Positions 19,891 to 30,813 of a stretch of 64,000 bases of DNA are shown here, in pieces (within the stretch, counting starts at the first letter, position 1; the number at the start of each line of letters is the position of its first letter). A program made the position numbers and the translations under genes. The DNA is from Thermoproteota archaeon. Its GTDB lineage: Archaea; Asgardarchaeota; Jordiarchaeia; Jordiarchaeales; Freyrarchaeaceae. The notes under the pieces are model-generated. The model did not search any database. It was not told where the DNA came from and was given only the letters and a program-made list of their open reading frames with translations. The stretch spans positions 1 to 64,000 of the forward strand of contig JAPDJY010000008.1 of assembly GCA_029258835.1 (NCBI GenBank), given 5' to 3'.

Positions 19891-21236
19891 TTATTCTCCT
19901 CCAGATACGGGTATTCTCCGGTGAAGCATCCCAAGCAAAGCTTATTTTTCGGGAGACCTATCGCTTTGATCATTCCTTCAAGGGATAGCCAAGCGAACGT
20001 GTCAGCCCCTACAACCTTACTTACTTCCTCCTCTGACAGGTGGGCCGCTATCAGCTCGTCCTTCTCTGGAACTTCGACTCCGAAGGGACATGGGGAAACA
20101 AGCCTTGAACTCCCTATCCGCACATGCACCTCTTTCGCCCCTATCCTGTTCCTCATAAGGTTCACGATGTTCCTAGTTGTAGTGCCCCTTACGACACTAT
20201 CGTCTATTAACACGACGCGTTTCCCCCTTATTGCCTTCCGGATAGGGTTAAGCTTTAACTGGACGCCTACAAGCCTCTCAAACTGGGTTGGTCTTATAGC
20301 CGTCCGCACGCTTCTACCACTTCTCACAAACCCCATATGGATCGGTATTCCCGTGGCGTTGGAATAAGCCATCGCGAATGGTATCGCTGTTTCAGGCACA
20401 CCTATTACAACGTCGGCGTCGACTGGAAACTCCTTAGCTAGGTACTCCCCGATCTTCATCCTAACCTCGTAAATCGACATTCCATTTATCACGGAATCCG
20501 GCCTGCAAAGGTAAACGTATTCGAAAGCACAGTATTTTTCCTCCTCCCTACACACCCTCTTACGTTCAATGCTGTACGGAGTTATAACGTATATCTCTCC
20601 TGGCATGATGTCCGCTTTTAAGTCTGCCCCAACAACGTCTATTGCAGCGCTCTCCGATGCGACCGTACCATGGTCAAAACCGAAGCTGCCTATAACTAAG
20701 GGTTTTATTCCCTTAGGATCCCTTGCAACTATCATTTCACCCTTATCGGTGAGGGCGACTAAAGAATAGGCTCCCCGCATTTTTTCCATCAAGGCTTCCA
20801 TGGCTTCTAGGGGGTCACTATGCTTAAGGTTTTCTGCTAAAGCAGTTGCGATCGCCATGGGATCTCCGTCCTCGCTAACCTTCTCGCCTGTCAGCTCGTT
20901 GCAGTTAAGGACTTTCCCATTATAGCCTAAGGCGACTTTAACATCCCCGTTGACGCACACCGGCTGTATGTTATCGTCCGATTCAGGGTTTAGTGGGCTT
21001 ACGTGCCCGATCCCCACCCATCCGGTTAGCGCTTCAACACTGCTCGAAGTGAAGAAGTTTTCAGCCAGCCCTCTACCCTTAAGAACTTCCACCCTTTTCC
21101 CGTTGAAGACCGCCATGCCACTTGTCTCCTGCCCCCTATTCTGGAGGGCAACCAGACCATAGTATACAAATCTTGAAACGTTCCAGTTTTCATCGAAGGC
21201 GTAAATTCCAAATATGCCGCACCTATCCCTGCTCAC
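19887..21236 (-). CDS. purF: Amidophosphoribosyltransferase, paralogue 1.
   Basis: N-terminal nucleophile Cys (MSRDRCGIFGI), Ntn glutaminase domain and PRTase domain. Confidence 0.85.
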   Translation of the reverse strand: MSRDRCGIFGIYAFDENWNVSRFVYYGLVALQNRGQETSGMAVFNGKRVEVLKGRGLAENFFTSSSVEALTGWVGIGHVSPLNPESDDNIQPVCVNGDVKVALGYNGKVLNCNELTGEKVSEDGDPMAIATALAENLKHSDPLEAMEALMEKMRGAYSLVALTDKGEMIVARDPKGIKPLVIGSFGFDHGTVASESAAIDVVGADLKADIMPGEIYVITPYSIERKRVCREEEKYCAFEYVYLCRPDSVINGMSIYEVRMKIGEYLAKEFPVDADVVIGVPETAIPFAMAYSNATGIPIHMGFVRSGRSVRTAIRPTQFERLVGVQLKLNPIRKAIRGKRVVLIDDSVVRGTTTRNIVNLMRNRIGAKEVHVRIGSSRLVSPCPFGVEVPEKDELIAAHLSEEEVSKVVGADTFAWLSLEGMIKAIGLPKNKLCLGCFTGEYPYLEENK

Positions 21237-22657
21237 CTTCTGGCGCCTCCAAGCGTTTTCTCTAAGAGTTCAACGTCTATGTTTTCTATGGGGTACCTTC
21301 CGTTTAGGCAGGCGAGGCATAACTCGCTTTCAGGCAGTCCTATACCTTCAATTAATCCCTCAATCGTCATGTAACCTAGCGAGTCAGCTCCGATAAATCG
21401 ACATATTTCCTCGACTGTGTGACTTGCCGCGATAAGCTCTCTCCTGGTGGGGAAGTCTATTCCCATATAGCACGCAGCTATTATAGGTGGACAGCTTACC
21501 CTGACATGGACTTTTTTGGCGCCGGCTCTCTTAAGCATGGCTACGATCTGCTTGATGGTGGTGGAACGCACTATTGAATCGTCTACGAGAACTATCTCAC
21601 GGTCCTTGACAATGCTCTTCACAGGGTTAAACTTTAAGCGGACCTGATTTTCCCTATGTGCCTGAACAGGCATTATGAACGTCCTCCATACGTATCTGTT
21701 TTTCATCAAGCCTTCAGCCATCGGTATGCCTGACTCCTCGGAGTAGCCGGTGGCTGCGCTTCTTCCCGAATCGGGAACTGGAACAACTAAGTCTGCATCT
21801 GCGGGATGTAGCTTGTAAAGAATTCTTCCAAGTCTTTCTCTAGCTTCATAAACCGGCACACCGTCAAAGACGCTGTCTGGCCTTGAAAAGTAGACGAACT
21901 CGAACATACATCGGGCGTGGCGCTTAAGGCTTATCGCCGTCCGCCTAGTAACCTCTCCATCTGCCACTCTAACTATTTCTCCGGGGGATATGTCGCTTAT
22001 GAATTCTCCTCCAAGAGTATCAATCGCCGCCGTCTCCGATGCCATAGCATATATGTCATTCTGAGGAAGCCATCCGAGGCATAATGGTTTAAATCCTAGG
22101 GGATCTCTAACCCCGTATATTTCTCCATTATCAGATAGAAGGACGAGCGAGTATGCTCCTTCAAGTTGCTTCATAGTTAGCGTTAACGCGTCCATGTAGT
22201 CTTCAACTTCTAGAAGGTTTGCAGCTATTAAGTGTGCTATAACCTCCGTGTCGCTGTCTGACGTGAACACATGCCCCTTTTCCTCTAGCTCCCGCCTTAG
22301 CGATAGAAAGTTTGAAATTGTCCCGTTGAATGCTATTGCAAAGTTGGCATAAGTTGAGGTGAAGTGGTAGGGCTGAGCATTCTCTAGGTCGCTTTTAGCG
22401 GTTGTACTGTAACGTACATGTCCTATCGCCACGTTCCCCATTAAACTAGATAAAAGGCTCCTCGAGAAAACCTCGCTAACAAGACCCAAACCCTTATGGC
22501 CCTTAATGTTCTTACCGTTATACACGTAAATTCCAGCCGACTCTTGCCCTCTATGTTGAAGGGCGACTAGGCCGTCGAAGGTGTACCTTGAAACCTGTAT
22601 GGTTTTCTGGGGGGCTGAAAGAGCTACCACTCCGCAGTGCTCCCGTACTTCCCCCAT
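21233..22657 (-). CDS. purF: Amidophosphoribosyltransferase, paralogue 2 (tandem duplicate).
   Basis: N-terminal Cys (EHCGVVAL) and the same two-domain architecture. It is full length and overlaps its neighbour by 4 nt. Confidence 0.8.
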   Translation of the reverse strand: MGEVREHCGVVALSAPQKTIQVSRYTFDGLVALQHRGQESAGIYVYNGKNIKGHKGLGLVSEVFSRSLLSSLMGNVAIGHVRYSTTAKSDLENAQPYHFTSTYANFAIAFNGTISNFLSLRRELEEKGHVFTSDSDTEVIAHLIAANLLEVEDYMDALTLTMKQLEGAYSLVLLSDNGEIYGVRDPLGFKPLCLGWLPQNDIYAMASETAAIDTLGGEFISDISPGEIVRVADGEVTRRTAISLKRHARCMFEFVYFSRPDSVFDGVPVYEARERLGRILYKLHPADADLVVPVPDSGRSAATGYSEESGIPMAEGLMKNRYVWRTFIMPVQAHRENQVRLKFNPVKSIVKDREIVLVDDSIVRSTTIKQIVAMLKRAGAKKVHVRVSCPPIIAACYMGIDFPTRRELIAASHTVEEICRFIGADSLGYMTIEGLIEGIGLPESELCLACLNGRYPIENIDVELLEKTLGGARR

Positions 22658-22658
22658 T

Positions 22659-24878
22659 TTACCCCCCTCTCATAGCGTTTGGGAGAGTACTCCTCCAAGC
22701 AGAAGTCATGTCCTCAACCCCACATGATATAACAGGCTCCCCTCTAAATTTAAGGGTAAACATTCCATCCTCACAAACAACACCAATTCTGGAGAGAGGA
22801 ACTTCCAGTTTCCTCGCAATCTGGAAAATATCTTCTAAGTGACTGGAATCGGCAGAAATTATAAATCTTGAATGGGTTTCAGAAAACAGCAGCTCGTCTA
22901 AGCGCATATCCTCAGCTGCTACGCAGGATAGCTCGGCTTCCACCCCGAATCCGCTTTTCACGGACATGAGCGCTAAGGCAACCGCCAGCCCGCCCTTAGA
23001 GCAGTCGTGGGCAGCCTTAAGCAAGCCCTTTCTGGCTGCCTCCAAGATAAACCTTAAACTCCTCTTCTCTCGTTCAAAATTCACCGAGGGCGGCTTCCCT
23101 CCCTCAACCCCGTGGATAACATAGTAATACTCCGTTCCGCCCATCTCTCTAAGCGTTTCCCCTATCATTAAGATCTCGTCACCTTGCCTCTTAAACGGCA
23201 TCGTCACCATCCTGCTAAGTGGCTCTATAACCCCTAAAGCAACAACGACGGGTGAAGGCTTCACCGCGCGGCCAGTAACTTCATCCTCATTATAAAAACT
23301 CACGTTGCCTCCCACGCAAGGAACGTTCAGGGCGTTGCACATGTCAGCTATCCCCCGCACAACCTCCTTAAACTGCCAGAAAACCTCCGGCTTCTCAGGA
23401 TTGCCAAAGTTAAGGCAATCCACTATTGCTATGGGTTCCGCCCCGACAGAGGCGATATTCCTGCAAGCTTCCGCTACGGCCCCTGCTCCGCCACCGTAAG
23501 GGTCAAGGTAGCAGTGCCTAGAATTACAGTCACTTGACAGGGCGATCCCCCTGTCCTCCCCAAGTATCCTCATTACTGCTGCGTCTCCTTCACCACACTT
23601 TAACACGCTCCTTACTCCAACCTCATGGTCATACTGCTGGTAGATCCACTCCTTGCTTGCAATGTTCTCAGATGATAAAAGCTTCATGAGGGTCGCTGAG
23701 AGATCCTTAGGCATAGGTGGAACTTCAATGTTAAGTAATTCATCCAAATATCTTGGCCTCCCAGCCTCCCTATAAATTACAGGCGGGTCCGCAAGAATCT
23801 TAGTTGGAAGCCTTGCGACAACTTCCCCCCTAAACTTGACGATGATCTCCTCTTTTTCAATTACTTTTCCTATGACTCTCCATGGAAGCCCGTACTTATC
23901 CATGACCGCCGCTACTTTATCCAAGCCTTTAGGATCTACTATGAAGAGCATCCTTTCCTGCGACTCGGAAAGCATTATTTCAAACGGAGTCAAGTCTGGC
24001 TCTCTAAGATGTACGTTAGATATCTCAAGCTCCATTCCCTTTCCACCCTTATATGACATCTCCGAGGAGGCACAAGTAAGTCCTCCACCACCAAGATCCT
24101 TAAGTCCATGTACAGCCCCCGTCCTCACGGCTTCAAGCGTCGCTTCTATTATAAGTTTTTTAGTAAATGGATCTCCCACCTGCACTGCAGGCCGCTCCTC
24201 CTCGGACTTTCCCGTTAACGTGCGTGACGCGAAGGTTACACCATGTATTCCGTCTCTTCCCGTCGCCCCTCCCACCAGTACAACCAAGTCGCCAGGCTTG
24301 TCCGCTCTTGCAAGAACCAACTCGCCCCTCCTAGCTAACCCAACGCAGGCTACGTTGACAAGGCAGTTTCTTTCAAAGCTTTCATCAAACTCGACCTCGC
24401 CTGCAACAGTCGGTATCCCGGTGCAATTGCCATAATCACCTATCCCTTTCACCACATATTTAAGCAGCCACCTTGAATGGGGGCTTCTGAGGGAGCCGAA
24501 ACGTAAAGGATCAAGGAGAGCTATCGGCCTAGCACCCATGCAGAGAATGTCACGTATTATCCCTCCAATCCCCGTGGCTGCGCCGTTGTACGGGTCTATC
24601 GCGGATGGATGATTATGTGACTCTATTTTGAAGACCGCCACGTAACCTCCGCCAACGTCAACGACGCCTGCATCATATCCTGGCCCAACAACCACCCTCC
24701 CTCCCTCCTTGGGGAGGATCCTGAGAACAGGCCTAGACGACTTGTATGAGCAGTGCTCAGACCACATTACATCTATCATACCCGCCTCTACAGGGTTAGG
24801 CTCCCTGCCGAGTATCTTCCTTACCTTCTCGACTTCTTCTTCCGTAAGGTCGACTTCGATGTTACCGAGCAGTGGCAA
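22659..24878 (-). CDS. purL: Phosphoribosylformylglycinamidine synthase II.
   Basis: 739-aa PurL with AIR-synthase-related domains. Confidence 0.9.
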   Translation of the reverse strand: MPLLGNIEVDLTEEEVEKVRKILGREPNPVEAGMIDVMWSEHCSYKSSRPVLRILPKEGGRVVVGPGYDAGVVDVGGGYVAVFKIESHNHPSAIDPYNGAATGIGGIIRDILCMGARPIALLDPLRFGSLRSPHSRWLLKYVVKGIGDYGNCTGIPTVAGEVEFDESFERNCLVNVACVGLARRGELVLARADKPGDLVVLVGGATGRDGIHGVTFASRTLTGKSEEERPAVQVGDPFTKKLIIEATLEAVRTGAVHGLKDLGGGGLTCASSEMSYKGGKGMELEISNVHLREPDLTPFEIMLSESQERMLFIVDPKGLDKVAAVMDKYGLPWRVIGKVIEKEEIIVKFRGEVVARLPTKILADPPVIYREAGRPRYLDELLNIEVPPMPKDLSATLMKLLSSENIASKEWIYQQYDHEVGVRSVLKCGEGDAAVMRILGEDRGIALSSDCNSRHCYLDPYGGGAGAVAEACRNIASVGAEPIAIVDCLNFGNPEKPEVFWQFKEVVRGIADMCNALNVPCVGGNVSFYNEDEVTGRAVKPSPVVVALGVIEPLSRMVTMPFKRQGDEILMIGETLREMGGTEYYYVIHGVEGGKPPSVNFEREKRSLRFILEAARKGLLKAAHDCSKGGLAVALALMSVKSGFGVEAELSCVAAEDMRLDELLFSETHSRFIISADSSHLEDIFQIARKLEVPLSRIGVVCEDGMFTLKFRGEPVISCGVEDMTSAWRSTLPNAMRGG

Positions 24879-25584
24879 CAGCCTCGCCCCTCAAAAACTC
24901 AACCATCGACTCAAATATTATACGTCCATCATGGCTCCCGTTGCCGCTCAAGATCGGCTCAGAAGCCCGCTCTGGATGGGGCATGAGCCCTAAGACATTT
25001 CCTTCAAGGTTACATATCCCGGCTATATTGTCCAAGGAACCATTCGGGTTTGCTTCCGGGACGACCTCACCCCTAGCGTTTGAATACCTGAAAACAACTT
25101 GACCGTTATCATGCAACTCCCTAAGTCCCTTCTCATCGTTAAAGTAGCACCCTTCATTGTGGGCTATCGGCATCTTCAGCACTTGCCCCCTCCTACCCTT
25201 CCACGTGAACGCTGTCCGGTCGTTTTCAAGCTTTAGATAAACCCATTTACATATGAATGTGAGTGTTACGTTCCTTAGAAGTGCACCGGGAAGCAAACCT
25301 GCCTCAACTAGAATCTGAAATCCATTACATATTCCCAGCACGGGCTTCCCTTCCCGTGCCATCTCCTTAACGTGCTTCATCGCCGGACTGTACGCAGCTA
25401 TAACACCTGCTCTTAAAGCGTCACCATACGAGAACCCTCCTGGAAGTACCACGGCGTCGTATGCATCAGCTTTAAACTCTCTGTGCCAGACAAGCTCGGC
25501 ATCCACGTTTATGACATGACGTAGAACATATACAGTATCCAAGTCACAATTTGACCCTGGAAACTGGATAACAGCTATCTTCAT
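24862..25584 (-). CDS. purQ: Phosphoribosylformylglycinamidine synthase I (glutaminase subunit).
   Basis: Class I glutamine amidotransferase with a GICNGFQ catalytic Cys. Confidence 0.9.
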   Translation of the reverse strand: MKIAVIQFPGSNCDLDTVYVLRHVINVDAELVWHREFKADAYDAVVLPGGFSYGDALRAGVIAAYSPAMKHVKEMAREGKPVLGICNGFQILVEAGLLPGALLRNVTLTFICKWVYLKLENDRTAFTWKGRRGQVLKMPIAHNEGCYFNDEKGLRELHDNGQVVFRYSNARGEVVPEANPNGSLDNIAGICNLEGNVLGLMPHPERASEPILSGNGSHDGRIIFESMVEFLRGEAVATAR

Positions 25585-25844
25585 TTTCTACCTGCCTCTT
25601 TAATACTGCACGCATGGATCACGGGGTTGAAAATCCGCAGGTCATTACACATTCTGAAGACGATCTCCCTTGCTTCCTCGCTGCTTCCCGCTTCAACCTC
25701 TATCCTCAAGTATTTTCCCGTCCTTACGTTCCTAACCATTTCAAAGCCATTACGATGCATCAGGTCTCTAAGTATAGTTTCTCCCTCAGGATCCCTAGCT
25801 GTAGGCTTGTTCTCGATCACAACCTCCAGCACGTACGTGCCCAA
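25581..25844 (-). CDS. purS: Phosphoribosylformylglycinamidine synthase subunit PurS.
   Basis: 87 aa, positioned between purQ and purC. Confidence 0.8.
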   Translation of the reverse strand: MGTYVLEVVIENKPTARDPEGETILRDLMHRNGFEMVRNVRTGKYLRIEVEAGSSEEAREIVFRMCNDLRIFNPVIHACSIKEAGRK

Positions 25845-25859
25845 GAACCCGTCCTCCTA

Positions 25860-26621
25860 TTAAAGCTTGGGTGCTTCCCCAATAATTTTCCTGTAACACT
25901 CGACGTATGTATCGAGGACTTCGCTCAGCGGCGCCCCCCGTCTGTAAACGTCCTTATCTAAGATCTTCCCCGTCATCTTATCCCAAAGTCTCATGGAGTC
26001 CCCGTTAATCTCGTCTCCTACATATATTTTCCCGTCCGCTCCTCGGCCAAACTCTAACTTGAAGTCGACAAGGGTTATGCCTATGCTGTCGAAGAAGTCG
26101 GAGAGCACTTTGTTAACCCTAAGTGTAATCTCCTTTATGTTTTTAATTTCTTCACGGGATGACGATAAACCTAACACTATAAAGTGGTCTTCGTTTATCA
26201 TCGGGTCATGGTGTAAATCGTCTTTTAAGTAATACTCAACAACAGGGATCTTAAGGGGTGTCCCAGCTTCAACGGGATATCTCTTTGCAAAGTGCCCTGC
26301 AGCTATGTTACGGCAAACCACCTCGACAGGTAGCATTTCAAGTCGTTTGACAACCATGTAGTTCGGCTCGATGAAAGATACATAATGGGTTGGAATCCCA
26401 CTTCTTGATAAAACCTCGAACAGGATGGCCGATATCCTCGCGTTTATCCTACCCTTACCTTTAATGAAGTCCTTTTTCTCTCCATCTAGAGCCGTTATTG
26501 CATCCTTAAACTCTAGGAGAACTAAGTTTGGGTCACTCATCCTCCGCACGATTTTCGTTTTCCCCTCAGCTATTACTTCCATTTCCGCCGGGTTCTCGTC
26601 TAACTTCATTTTCCCATCCAA
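25860..26621 (-). CDS. purC: SAICAR synthetase.
   Basis: PurC fold motifs (…EGKTKIV…). Confidence 0.9.
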   Translation of the reverse strand: MDGKMKLDENPAEMEVIAEGKTKIVRRMSDPNLVLLEFKDAITALDGEKKDFIKGKGRINARISAILFEVLSRSGIPTHYVSFIEPNYMVVKRLEMLPVEVVCRNIAAGHFAKRYPVEAGTPLKIPVVEYYLKDDLHHDPMINEDHFIVLGLSSSREEIKNIKEITLRVNKVLSDFFDSIGITLVDFKLEFGRGADGKIYVGDEINGDSMRLWDKMTGKILDKDVYRRGAPLSEVLDTYVECYRKIIGEAPKL

Positions 26622-26827
26622 CTTCTTTCCTTATTCACTGTGAACTTTTAACACATTTTTATAAAAATCTTTTTTGGCATACAGATGTAGAATACTCACA
26701 TACGAGTCAAAAATGTTTAACGTCTTCCAGGAACTCAAGGATCTAACGGTCAGATCCATGAATAAGTTTAAAAACATATTAAAGGGATAAAGGAAAAGTT
26801 AAACTTTGATGGCTGAAAAAGTTTGAG

Positions 26828-27766
26828 GTGTTCACGTTGGAGAGAGGGGAGGAGTATGAAGTAAGGAAGGTGGATGAAGCCGCCCTCGTAAAGCTAATTA
26901 GGAGCTTTCTTCTTAAACATGAATCCGAGTTCAAGGATTCTCTCGGGATGATCGTTACCTTCCCCGAGGATCTTTATAGCAAAGTTAAAGGTGACTTGGA
27001 AGCTAAGGCGGAAAGAGAGAAAATTAATGAAAAGGCATTACTTGTGTCATGCCCAAACTGCCATTACAATATGATGCTTGACTCGTTCTTAGAGTTAAGT
27101 TTTAACGGCAATGAAGGGGAATACCGGTGCCCTAAATGCAACATTGCCATTAAATACAACTTTGTAACTAAGGACATTATAGGCTTCAGGGAACTGGAGG
27201 TTGAAGACTCCTTCGTCGGAGTCAACTTAGACGAGCTACGGGAAAAAATTGAAAGTGAACTACGATCATTTTACAGTTCACGAGTGCTTGGCGACACCAA
27301 AATTATGGTTGCAGTTAAAGTGGAAGAAGGTCTTCTTAGGCTATTGATCAGAGAGGTGTCTAGTAAGCCAAGTGAGGAAGGATGGGACGCCTGCTGGACG
27401 GGGAGGGTGGAAGTGAAAGTTAATGATAACTGGGATGGCAGGGCTGATGGGTTCTGGTTGCTTACAGGTAAATGGATGGGGAGTGGGCCACAAGTGGAGG
27501 TTAGCGCCCCCATAACCATTGAAAAATTGTTTAAAGTGGAAGACGAGCCTGCCAAGGTCCTTTCCGGCGAATACGTTGAAATGGCAAATAACGCATATGA
27601 AAGAGTTTTTGAGGTTTTGAATGAGGCAAAGCTAGTGGTGGAATGGGTATACCCTGCAAAGCCAATAGTCCCCTCTGCTACCAGTTTTGAAAACGAGTTC
27701 GTAGCCGAACTTAAAGAAAAAATAAAAGAAAAAGAGAGGAAAAAGGAGAAGGGGGAGCGCATTTAA
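26828..27766 (+). CDS. Hypothetical protein with a zinc ribbon (CPNC…CPKC).
   Basis: 312-aa ORF, no family recognised. Confidence 0.3.
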   Translation: MFTLERGEEYEVRKVDEAALVKLIRSFLLKHESEFKDSLGMIVTFPEDLYSKVKGDLEAKAEREKINEKALLVSCPNCHYNMMLDSFLELSFNGNEGEYRCPKCNIAIKYNFVTKDIIGFRELEVEDSFVGVNLDELREKIESELRSFYSSRVLGDTKIMVAVKVEEGLLRLLIREVSSKPSEEGWDACWTGRVEVKVNDNWDGRADGFWLLTGKWMGSGPQVEVSAPITIEKLFKVEDEPAKVLSGEYVEMANNAYERVFEVLNEAKLVVEWVYPAKPIVPSATSFENEFVAELKEKIKEKERKKEKGERI

Positions 27767-28824
27767 AGAAGTAGGCGTTTAATAACCTGCTCAAGAACCC
27801 CTATAGATTTCAAGTAATCGTGTATGTTGATTCTCTCCTCCTCGGTATGGTCTAAGCGTGGATCCCCTGGTCCATAGGTGACGACGTCAGCCCTCCTAAA
27901 ATGGTTTCCGTAGTAGTTCATATCTCCTGTCCCAGTCTTCCTTATTAAGCGAGGTTCTTCACCGAAAAAATCCTTCACAGATTTCCTGAAGGCAGCCACA
28001 AGGCGAGAGTGCTTATTAGACTCGTATGGTTCGACGGCATCAGCCACCTCTAACCAGCATTTAACATCTTCACTCCCACTCGATTTAACTGTGTTTTCAA
28101 CGATATCGACCGCATGCTTGCATCTCATTCCGAAGGGAACCCTTAACGATAAGTCTATTCTAGCCCTACTCCTTCCCCCACTTATGGACTCTATCGAGCA
28201 AGAAAGCGATCTTAAGGGTGTTTTCTCCTCTAACGGCTTAATTTTCTCCTTTATCATCCCCCAAATTTTTATTATTTCCTCCGATGCATTCTTCACGTTT
28301 GGATTTGCCGGGTGACCTGGTTTAACTCTCACGTTCACCGAAACATGAACGTTCCCTTTATACCCGATGACTACGTTCCTAGCATTGCTTGGCTCCCCGA
28401 AAACGGCATACTCCGCCTCCACACCTGAAGATATCAATTCCTTGACACCTCTAGAACTTCCTTCTTCGTCGACAACCCCTGAAACAATTAACGTTCCGTT
28501 CAATGGCGTATTCGCCACTTTTTTAGCCGCCATGACCATGGCGGCCAATGGACCCTTAGCGTCGACAGCCCCCCTACCAGTTACCTCTCCCCCTAAGACC
28601 TTTACAGGGAGGAACCCTGGAACCGTATCCATGTGTCCGCATAAGAGAAGCCTCGGTTTCCCGTCACCTAACTTTCCCACTACGTTCCCTACACCATCCA
28701 TTTTAGCGTCAAAACCGTCTCTCTCCATTTCCTCTAAGAGGAAGGTTGCCAGCTCCTCTTCCTCCCCCGTTGGACTATAGATTTCAAGCATCCTCTTAAG
28801 AAAGTCGACCGGATTCAATCTCAC
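27763..28824 (-). CDS. lysK: M20-family deacylase, [LysW]-lysine/ornithine hydrolase (LysK/ArgE-like).
   Basis: M20 peptidase metal-binding motifs. It is the last gene of the lysWXYZJK-type cluster. Confidence 0.8.
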   Translation of the reverse strand: MRLNPVDFLKRMLEIYSPTGEEEELATFLLEEMERDGFDAKMDGVGNVVGKLGDGKPRLLLCGHMDTVPGFLPVKVLGGEVTGRGAVDAKGPLAAMVMAAKKVANTPLNGTLIVSGVVDEEGSSRGVKELISSGVEAEYAVFGEPSNARNVVIGYKGNVHVSVNVRVKPGHPANPNVKNASEEIIKIWGMIKEKIKPLEEKTPLRSLSCSIESISGGRSRARIDLSLRVPFGMRCKHAVDIVENTVKSSGSEDVKCWLEVADAVEPYESNKHSRLVAAFRKSVKDFFGEEPRLIRKTGTGDMNYYGNHFRRADVVTYGPGDPRLDHTEEERINIHDYLKSIGVLEQVIKRLLL

Positions 28825-30005
28825 ATCACCAGTACTTCAGAGAGAACTTGAGAAACTCTCCTTACCTGTTCTTCTTCGATGACTAATGGAGGGAGAAGCC
28901 GTATCACGTTAAGCCCGGAGGTTAAAAGAAGGATGCCTCTCTCCATAGCTTTAAACACATACTCTCTGCATCTCAGGCGGAGTTCAACGCCAATCATAAG
29001 TCCTAAACCTCGAACCATCCTGATAAGCTTAGAGCTCTCCTTCATTTCATCCAAATCTTCCTTGAGGATCCCACCCAGCTTTCTTGCCCTTTCAGGGAGT
29101 CTCTCCTCAACTATAACGTCTATCGCCGCGTTCGCGGCGGCGCACGCCAGCGGGTTCCCTCCGAACGTAGAGGCGTGCTCCGTCTCCTTAAGGGATAACA
29201 TGACATCCTCTCTTGCTAGCGTTGCCCCCATGGGTACTCCTCCAGCTATAGCCTTCGCCATGGTCATCACGTCTGGTACGACGTTCCAGTGCATGCACGC
29301 AAACATTTCCCCCGTTCTCCCAAATCCGGTTTGAACCTCATCGAAGATCAGTAAGACACTTTTTTCATCGCAGATTTCCCTTAGCTCCTTTAAGTACTCT
29401 CTAGGAGGAACGTTGACTCCTCCCTCCCCTTGGATCGGCTCAACAAGCACGGCTGCTGTTTCATTGTTGATCGCGGCCCTTACAGCTTCAGCGTCTCCAA
29501 AGGGGACATGAGTGAATCCTGGAACAAGCGGCTCGAACGGCTTCCTATACTTTGCCTCCCAAGTCGCAGATAACGCACCCATAGTCCTACCGTGGAATCC
29601 CTTGACCGTTGCTATTATCCCCTTCTTTCCAGTATACTTCCTAGCAAGCTTTATAGCGCATTCAACGGCTTCAGCCCCGCTGTTACATAGGAAAACCCTA
29701 TTGAGCCCTTTTGGGGCGATCTTGACAAGTTTTTCTACCAGCTCAGCCCGAGCATCATTGTAAAATATTCCAGGACAGGTGATCAGCCGCTCTGCTTGCT
29801 CCCTTATTGCCTCAACTACCTTTGGATGGCAGTGTCCAACCACGCAAACACCATGCCCACCCACGCAGTCTATATATTCCCTTCCATTTTCATCCCAGAC
29901 TATGGCTCCACTCCCCTTAACTATGACAACCGGCCTTTTAGAGTACGTTTTGGCTTGATACCGCTCCTCGAACTCTATAATTTTCTCCCTGCTTAGCTTA
30001 CTCAT
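28821..30005 (-). CDS. lysJ: Class III PLP aminotransferase, LysJ/ArgD.
   Basis: Acetylornithine-aminotransferase family motifs and its position in the cluster. Confidence 0.85.
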   Translation of the reverse strand: MSKLSREKIIEFEERYQAKTYSKRPVVIVKGSGAIVWDENGREYIDCVGGHGVCVVGHCHPKVVEAIREQAERLITCPGIFYNDARAELVEKLVKIAPKGLNRVFLCNSGAEAVECAIKLARKYTGKKGIIATVKGFHGRTMGALSATWEAKYRKPFEPLVPGFTHVPFGDAEAVRAAINNETAAVLVEPIQGEGGVNVPPREYLKELREICDEKSVLLIFDEVQTGFGRTGEMFACMHWNVVPDVMTMAKAIAGGVPMGATLAREDVMLSLKETEHASTFGGNPLACAAANAAIDVIVEERLPERARKLGGILKEDLDEMKESSKLIRMVRGLGLMIGVELRLRCREYVFKAMERGILLLTSGLNVIRLLPPLVIEEEQVRRVSQVLSEVLVM

Positions 30006-30804
30006 TAACCATCACCGTACACTCTTTTCCCCTTAAAGTACTCGTTATAGGCTCGGGATCTAGTCCCGAAGAAATAAAAACCTTCTTAACGCCTGCATCT
30101 AACGCCTCCAATGCTGCGAAAACCTTCCTTCTCATTCCGCCCTCAAGCTTCGGGACGGTAAGTCTTGCTTCGCTCCTGCTAAGCATTCTAACGAGTTTTC
30201 CTCCGTCCAGGACCCCTGGTACGTCAGTTAGGAGCACCAACACGTCCGCTCCTATCGCTCCTGCAACGCTGGCAGCAGCCCTGTCTCCGTCTACGTTCAG
30301 GAACTCGCCCTCCTGCCCTATCGCAACGGATCCTATAACCGGTACATAACCTGCACTAAGCAGGCAACCCAGAAGACCCCTGTTCACCTCAACTATCTTG
30401 CCAGTATAGTCTCCGTCGATCAAAATAACTTTTCCTCCCTCTCTAACCTTTATTCGTTCTTTCCTTTCAGCCTTAATGAGGAACCCGTCTATTCCGGAAA
30501 GACCTACGCTCCGCACTCCTTCCCTACTTAATGAGGCAACAATGTGCTTGTTTAACAGTCCGCTTATCACCATCGTGTAAATCTCGGCTGTTTCCTTATC
30601 CGTGTATCTGCTTCTAAACCCGCTTACGGAAAGTACAAACCTCTGCTTTTTCCCCATTCTCTCAGCTACCTCTGTGACCTTTCTTGCACCGCCATGGACG
30701 AGGACGACCTCTTCTCCATGATCCCTTAACCTTCTAACATCCCTTGCAATGTCGCTTATATCTCGGTCTAATACGCTTCCACCTATTTTAACAACCAGCC
30801 TCAA
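29998..30804 (-). CDS. lysZ: Amino-acid kinase, LysZ/ArgB.
   Basis: The sequence MRLVVKIGGSVL… is typical of the AAK family. Confidence 0.85.
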   Translation of the reverse strand: MRLVVKIGGSVLDRDISDIARDVRRLRDHGEEVVLVHGGARKVTEVAERMGKKQRFVLSVSGFRSRYTDKETAEIYTMVISGLLNKHIVASLSREGVRSVGLSGIDGFLIKAERKERIKVREGGKVILIDGDYTGKIVEVNRGLLGCLLSAGYVPVIGSVAIGQEGEFLNVDGDRAAASVAGAIGADVLVLLTDVPGVLDGGKLVRMLSRSEARLTVPKLEGGMRRKVFAALEALDAGVKKVFISSGLDPEPITSTLRGKECTVMVNE

Positions 30805-30813
30805 GCTACCGCC

